A stretch of 57,680 nt of DNA, the filler included, from Platydemus manokwari (taxonomy: Eukaryota): assembly GCA_037951405.1 (NCBI GenBank). It is 5 parts of 5 records of this genome, joined end to end, with 100 filler letters (N's around TTAATTAATTAA, not from the genome) between each part and the next. Parts side by side here need not be neighbours in the genome. Positions count along the whole stretch, not along the records: positions 46,079 to 57,680 come from JBBMOY010572218.1; 4 more parts are not named here. The stretch is one strand, 5' to 3'. A model generated the notes under the pieces. The model did not search any database, was not told the DNA's origin, and saw only the letters and a list, made by a program, of their open reading frames with translations. The translations under genes and the position numbers were made by a program. Every line of letters begins with the position of its first letter. The first letter of the stretch is position 1. Positions 51,071 to 57,680 of this stretch are shown piece by piece.

Positions 51071-51949
51071 ATACCTCTGAATGATTAATTATCATCTTGC
51101 TGTAATCCTTGTTAGATTTTTGAAATGAATTACAATTAAAAGCTTATATTCAGAATTTATTTTGATAATGTTAATTTGTTAAAATTATTGGTTAAATATA
51201 ATTTTATGTCATGTGGTTTTTCAATTTGTTTTCAAAATGTGATTTAGAAGTTTACAATCTCGATTATTTATTTATATATTATTACTGAAATGGTAATTAT
51301 TTATTTATGTTTATCAACTATCAGAGCCTCTCTGCCCATTGATTTTGTAAAATAAATTTTATTTATCTTTTATTTTATTTTGCTAAAGTGGATTTCTTAA
51401 TAATGCATGTTTCATTGAACAATGAATCTGTATTTCTCAATATTAACAATAAAGCAGGGATTAACGTTAATTAATAATGAATAGAAGTAACAACATAGTT
51501 AATAGAATATTTATTAACACAAAATAATAATAACAGTTGACAAGTGTTAAAGCGATCGTCAAGAAGTCCCTCGAAATCACTTGTGATATCAGTTGAATAA
51601 TTATAAATATATAATTATCATTTCAGTGAAACGCATAAGTATAAATACCACTTTTGTCTTTAAGAACAATAAGAATACTATTAGAGGATGGCTACGTCAA
51701 AGATGAAAAATTCATCATCTATTTTTAGGGTTTTGGTAATACAGTAGTAATAGTAATGCTGTCTCTCGATATCGTGTACGAAGTGCTAAAGAAATAAATG
51801 GCGAAAGTGAGTACTTAACAAACAAAAATCGATACACAAAATATTTTCAGTGTACATATTTATGGGTCTTTCATGAAATACCTTAATGGTCTACTTAATA
51901 TCCATCATGAAGAGTGAGGGGATCACAATGAATAAACAAAATGTGATAA

Positions 51950-54900
51950 ACTGAGCAAGACAAAGCAAACAAATTAGGAATATATATAAACCCATCTGCT
52001 CTTCATATGAAAAACCACGAGCTACTGCGGTCAACATAAGGATAAACAGCCGGAGAAAAATAAACAGGCTGATCCAAAAAAGGGATCAAGTCAGAGACAA
52101 AATCGCGGAACTCGGGATTGCAGAGCAACTATAAACATAAATGGAGAGAAAATAAAGTGCCAAACATGTGAGTTGGACAATCACAAAACAAGTGACGGCA
52201 CGAGGACTGGTCTGAAGTGTGAAGATTGCGGTAAAACTGGACACATCCAATCCACATGCAGAACCAAAAATAACCCACCCAAAAGGGACAGCAAGGAAAA
52301 ATCAAATGTTATCGCTGTAACCAGTTTGGACATGTGAGCCGAAGCTGCTCACAAAACGAACCAGAAAAGTCTACCTCAGCGATGATAGCACGAGAAAACA
52401 CTCCTCAGCCGAGCTTGACTTGATTAGAGCAGGAAAAAAGTCGCGTCGACAGACACCTTATGCAAAACGTATGCGGGATGTTACACATCTGTAAAGGTGA
52501 GGCCCTCGATATGAACCGAAGACCGAAGAAGCAAAAAGACACTCCCAAATTCGTTATGGATAAGAAATTAAGCAGAGGCGAAAAACAAAGGGTAAAAAAC
52601 CCAGTTTTGGAAGGCATCCTCACCAATCGAAATACCTTCAAAGGCATACTACGAGTACGACCACCGTGATTAGGCTGCATTCGCACCAACATTTGAAGAC
52701 GAAGAGCTTGAAGACCTGTCCTGGGAAGACCGTGAAGTGCTACAGGACGTAATGGAGAGACTATTCATATCTCCGACGGAAACAGCCTCAGTCATGTTAA
52801 CGGGAGTAAGGCAATATACACATGTGAAAATAGAACAGGCTGAGATACGCCAGCTGGGTTAGACCAGTACATCTATCAATATAACGAAAAGAAATGCATC
52901 ACCGGAGTTGATCCGCACCGGGCAGAGTCACTGCACCAGACAAAATCTCAGCAAATACCTTATCGCTAGGATACCGTATGTAGTCGACATAGAACACTAC
53001 ACTGTAGAATTGAGAGAATACGAAGGGTCGTTTAATATGGCCACAGATAAATAACGCAATACCCAGCTTGTTCAGCAAGGCATCACAGTTGCAAAGTAGA
53101 CGGAGATACACTCCTGTATAAAGCCAAACAAAGCCACTGTGTAGTATCATTTCTGCGACGGGTATCATTTATAACACTCCACGCAATAACGCTAAAAGAC
53201 GGGACTCAGCAAAAAGAAAAGTCTCCCAGGCACGATTGAGTAGAAAACTAGAGGAACACAATGCGGAAGAAGTCGAAATGCCCGTTGTATTGATGTCTAC
53301 ACATAAAATGGAAGCAGTCCGCTTCATTTGGAAAAAGTCTCGAGATATGTACGAACTAATGTTCGAAACCAATTACCAGGGACTATACCCCAGTAAAACG
53401 TAAGCTTTAGACGCATGCGTGATTCACAAACAAGACATTAAGTTGGCATCTTATCTTAATAATAAAATAGACTATGTCTATCACCAGCTCCAAACACAGA
53501 TTTTGGAGATATACCAGGAAACTAATTTTGGAAACTGCAAAAGAGACCGGGAGATTATGAGAAATCGAATGGCCATAGCACTCACTAAACAGGATTTGGT
53601 CACAGCAACTGGCCGGCAGGTATAATGCAACAGCACAAGAAGAGATCATTAGCATTCCACCCTGTCAAAGCCTATTAGATACAACGCAATACAAACAAAA
53701 TCAGTTAGGATTCACCGAATATTCCTCAATGGTACAAGAAACATTCAAACAACCGCAGCTCACAAAGATAAGGATAAGCAGACATTATGTCCGGAGCGGA
53801 TAAGACAATCGTCAATCCATGTATATTAAATCATAACGAATTAAGCTGTATGTAAGATACAGACATCACAATCACAGGAATCGGAGGAGAAATCGTACAA
53901 CCAAGTGAATTACTACCATGCAAAATCAATATCGCAGATCATACAATTATGGTAACAGTACGAGTGTGTGAAGAGTGTCCAATTGATTTTATAATTGGAA
54001 AAGATGCGGCGAAGCAAATGAAAGGAATAGTATACGAGTGCACAACGGGAAAACTGATCCGGATAACTAAGGAACACCGCAGTAAAAATCAAGACGTACA
54101 TATGAGCGAAGATTTCGTGGTCGAACAGAGCACAGATGTAATATGTTTTGAGCACACTAGGGGTCTGATGGTATCGATGTGGTATTCGAGCATAATGAAC
54201 AATTATGGATAAAAGCGGAATGCCCATTGGAGCATGTGTCGTAACAAAACAAGATGGGAGAATCCCGATTAGGATAGCTAACCCATCAAAGAAGCCCTTT
54301 CGTACTCTTAGAGCAAGGACGCATTAGACCCACCTTGGCGCTCACCTATAGTAATGGTGAAAAAGAAAGGTGGAGCTATGCGCATGTGCATAGATTCTCA
54401 TAAGGTAAACGAGCAAACACGGAAGGATACGTTTCCATTACCTCTCATCGACGAAGTGGTCAATCGCGTCAGCGGAGCCGATTTGTTCTCTACGCTGGAT
54501 TTACAAACAGGCTATAATAACATTCAGATGGAAGAGGAAGAAGGAAAAGGGATCAACGGCTCAAATATGCTATCGCTTACGTTAGCAGAGGACTCAAGGA
54601 ACACGCGAAAAACTATGCGGTCATAAAACTAGAACCCCTAGCCATAATGTATACAGTCGAAAGATTTTGCACCTTTGTCTATTAGCATTAAATACACGTC
54701 CTCACAGACCATCGACCGTTACAATGGCTACTACAGCACCGAGATACGGCATCACGCCTCACCAGATCTGCGCTGAAACTACAACAGTATAACATAAAAA
54801 TTTGTTATAGAAAAAAAAAGACAAACAGGAATTTCGACGCTCTATCTCGAGCAGACCCATGTGAATACGAAATCGATAAGGAAAATGTATTCATTGCCGT

Positions 54901-55776
54901 GTACTTGCTAACACATGACAATAATACGCTAAAGCAACAGCAAAAGGATATCTGAATGGGATAAGTTGCCAACTCCGCACCCTCGATGGAACAAACAAAG
55001 GCAAATCCAATCAATTAACTTCGGAGCACACTAATAGTTGTTAAGAAACGAGGATACCATGAAGTGGACCTGAACGTTTATCCAGTGGAACCAATTCTAA
55101 CACCGTAAGCCAGTGAAATCAGGAAAATCATCAAAAGCAATAAAACCAAGCATGGAACACCGGCGAGCATACAGCAGAGTACACCTCAAATGAAATCAAA
55201 GGTGGAAGTGAAAGATAAGCCAAAGGTCAAAGTAAAGGATCCAAGAAATTACCCCAGAAAACACCGGTACCAAAGGTAATAGTCAAAGTCATCATAGAAG
55301 ATGACAACGAATGGCTCTTCGCAGGGGTGCAGTACACTAATAAACGCACCAAAGAAAAAATGCTTCTCAAGTACGCAAACCCGAGATTGGAAATAGGCAC
55401 AGCAGACCAGACCCAGGAGGACAGATCTAACCGGATTCACAAAAGGAGACAAGGACGGAGCCAACTCCTCAAACTAGCAGAAGGGACTCAACTGACAATT
55501 ATTGTGATTCATCAGACTTTAATTATTGTGATCTCATCAGACTTAGTGATCTCTATTAGCCTTCTGTCTCTTGTTGCTATGTAAAGACTCTATTATGTGT
55601 ATGCATGTAAATCATTTTATAGTTTTATGATAATCAGTAAATATGATAGTCAGTATAAACAATCAAAGTATGTAAAGTGTTGTGTCCTATCTTCAAAACT
55701 GAATCTTGACCGTCTAATTTCTAATCTTTAAACTATAATTAATTTTTGGGACGAAAATCCTAAAAGAGGGGAGATA
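51950..55776 (+). mobile_element. Internally deleted Ty3/Gypsy element: gag, glycoprotein segment, protease, RT, RNase H, PPT
   Basis: Knuckles CEDCGKTGHIQSTC (52218-52259) and CYRCNQFGHVSRSC (52307-52348). Protease SGADKTIV..ITGIGG..DFIIGKD (~53750-54010). RT SPIVMVKKKGGAMRMCID..FPLPLIDE..FSTLDLQTGY (~54330-54545). RNase H LTDHRPLQWLL..LKLQQYNIKICYR..DALSR (~54700-54850). PPT AAAAGAGGGGAGA (55762-55774). Confidence 0.9.
52971..53668 (+). pseudogene. Chuvirus/herpes gB-like (class III fusogen) glycoprotein fragment
   Basis: YTVELREYEGSFN..CSARHHSCKVDGDTLLY..C, then AVRFIWKKSRDMYELMFETNYQGLY, then LASYLNNKIDYVYHQLQTQILEIYQETNFGNCKRDREIMRNRMAIA..EIISIPPC. This matches from memory the YxNxK..Y..helix..C..R..N.LA.A..E.I.I..C pattern of chuviral glycoproteins. 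Confidence 0.65.
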
Positions 55777-57160
55777 TGTTTGGAACCAAAAAATAATAAA
55801 ATAATATAAACAAAATATAATAATAATATAATATTAACAATATATTAAACCCTGCAAACAGTGTAGTTGTAAGGGCGAAGTGTATCGTATAGTAAAGGTA
55901 TATTGTATTGGTTTTAGCAGTGAGCTAAACCGGGTTTAAAACGAACTAAGCTAGTGATATGACAAAAGGTGTGATTACAATATATAAAAAAGTGAGATTT
56001 GTATTTTCTGGTGAAAAGATAAAAATAGTCAAAGGGCCCGCCCATATCATAATATATATCTTAAATTTATATAAAAGCAAAGGAGGTTCGATATCTGAGC
56101 CTTCCCTTGCTCACCACTTTTCTTTTAATCTGCGCGTTGTTAAACTGAGATATCGTTTGCTTGAACAACTAATTATGTTGGAAATTTTAAAGGGATTTTT
56201 AATAGTAGTGTAATACGACATTAACACTTGTACATTGTTGTATCAAAGAAATAAGTCTTATTAATATCTTTGACTTTTATTGTTATAGTTGTGTATTTAT
56301 TCGGTTTATTATTGACAAGAGCTATAAGAGCAAGCACATACCGGATTGACATTGCGCTTCAACGGGTAGTAACGAACTCAGATATATACGTTATAGGTTG
56401 ATCAAAGAAGCCCTAAACCACAACAGTAGGATGAATTATATTATTAGAGTAGTTTGCTCTGCAACAAGTGTAGTTGTAAGGGATTAGATAAATGTAAAGG
56501 TATTATTGTATCGGTATTAGCAGTGCGCTAAGCCACATAGAGATAAAGTATTGTTGTGTAATATTAGCTAGAAGATTCTGAGCTAAAATGTTCAGCAGAA
56601 GTGCCGGGACTCAGTCCTAGACTTATTAACTTTATAGGTACTTGTGTTCCCTCTGTGTTAATTATATAGCTATTGGGAAGACCATATGGGACGTTTGGTG
56701 CTCTACTCAGACAGTGAAGAGAGCGATGACGAAAACAAAAAGATCCCATACTCCATCAAGTCATACAATGAATTGAGAAAGCAGCTACCCAAGAAACCAC
56801 AACCACCACCAAGTAAACACCCGGGGTTTAAGAAACCAAAAACACCCCCCAGACAGAAACCCGAAAGACCCGGTACACCATTAATAGAGAGACCAGGCAC
56901 GGAAATAATAATTAAGTCCATAAAACCAAACTCAAAATGGGAAACGTGGGCCACCAAAAGCTGGAGCGTGGATTTAGACACTTGTTGTCAGCAAGCATTC
57001 AGCGAAAAACTGCGAATTCGAAACCAGACACTCCAGTAATCAATATAATAATGACTTATTGATATCTTAATGTTGACTTGATATTTTAATCTTGATATTG
57101 ATATTTTAAATGTGAATTTTTGTAATTATCTTGATTATGAATTTTGAACTTCGAATTTTT
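55777..57160 (+). mobile_element. 3' LTR of the Gypsy element (long; right end not identified)
   Basis: TGTTTGGAACC begins 2 nt after the PPT; TATATAAAAG at ~56068; the terminus is shared with 13790. Confidence 0.7.
56686..57039 (+). CDS. Hypothetical 117-aa acidic then Pro/Lys-rich protein within the LTR region
   Basis: An uninterrupted ATG-to-TAA frame ~600 nt downstream of the LTR TATA box; no family recognised. Confidence 0.4.
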   Translation: MGRLVLYSDSEESDDENKKIPYSIKSYNELRKQLPKKPQPPPSKHPGFKKPKTPPRQKPERPGTPLIERPGTEIIIKSIKPNSKWETWATKSWSVDLDTCCQQAFSEKLRIRNQTLQ

Positions 57161-57680
57161 GTAATTATAGGGTCCAAGATCAAAATATGACTTAAAATGT
57201 ATGAGAGTGATGGAAATTCCTAGGTACAAAGTACCGAATCTTAGCATTTATATGAGCTGATGGATTTCCATCACAATTCATTCTTAAAAATATTAATACG
57301 ATGATTTTCATTGCAGACAAGTGAATCAAAGTAGAGAGTAATAATTTCATAGTTGTTATTTAAACAAGAACATTTTGAGCTATAAAGGATCCCCTTTGGA
57401 GATATTTGCTTAAAATATATGTAAGGATAGGCCAAGCCCTAAATAAATAATAATAAAATAAATAAATTTTTTTGCCAATTTTCCGTCCACAAAATCCAAA
57501 ACCCAATAATTCTAAATTTAGGAATGACGATGTTCCTAAAAATAAAAATAAATAAAGCCAAAATTAAAGTATATATCTAAATATAGTCAACACTCATAAA
57601 ACTAATATGGAATTGAAAGAGATGAAGCCTTTCTTGAATGAAACACATGCACTTAAAACATACAATATATAAACTGGATA

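Noticed and set aside
52405-55464. Several minus-strand ORFs over the Gypsy relic
   Set aside because: They are antisense shadows of + strand gag/env/pol remnants.
55850-56535. Twister ribozyme (GGT..AAGCC, GTAAAGG)
   Set aside because: The motif order and the P1/P2 and cleavage-site elements of twister could not be fitted; kept only as a duplicated hairpin motif.
49159-57160. Single intact LTR-to-LTR provirus
   Set aside because: The 49159 and 55777 LTRs are not similar beyond TGTT, no PBS or TSD was identified, and the integrase core is missing.

Overview
This is very AT-rich, repeat-dense animal DNA made of five ~11-12 kb contigs joined by artificial 100-nt linkers (44 N + TTAATTAATTAA + 44 N), so adjacency across the gaps carries no information. 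Two complete host genes can be spliced by eye with canonical 43-48 nt GT-AG introns: RBM22/Cwc2-like splicing factor (4602-5834, +, 395 aa) and an ODF3/SHIPPO-repeat ciliary protein (17216-16313, -, 255 aa). There is also an orphan R/S/K-rich terminal exon (36973-37195). Most of the rest is decayed mobile DNA: many Ty3/Gypsy LTRs and gag/pro/pol/int relics, mariner ends, hAT and Merlin transposase fragments, a NeSL/R4-type non-LTR 3' end, a possible Penelope fragment, and MITEs. A planarian-like flatworm is a plausible source, but that is inference. The most notable observations are: (1) a ~130-nt multi-helix RNA fold with clear compensatory and G-U covariation, in three diverged copies downstream of LTR TATA boxes; (2) a Gypsy relic with a chuvirus/gB-like glycoprotein segment lying between gag and protease-RT; (3) a 268-bp hAT MITE with an 8-bp TSD that has captured a piece of the neighbouring host exon; (4) antisense BIR-like zinc-finger relics and RFX X-box arrays associated with the LTRs. 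All protein assignments are by-eye motif recognition; no searches were run.
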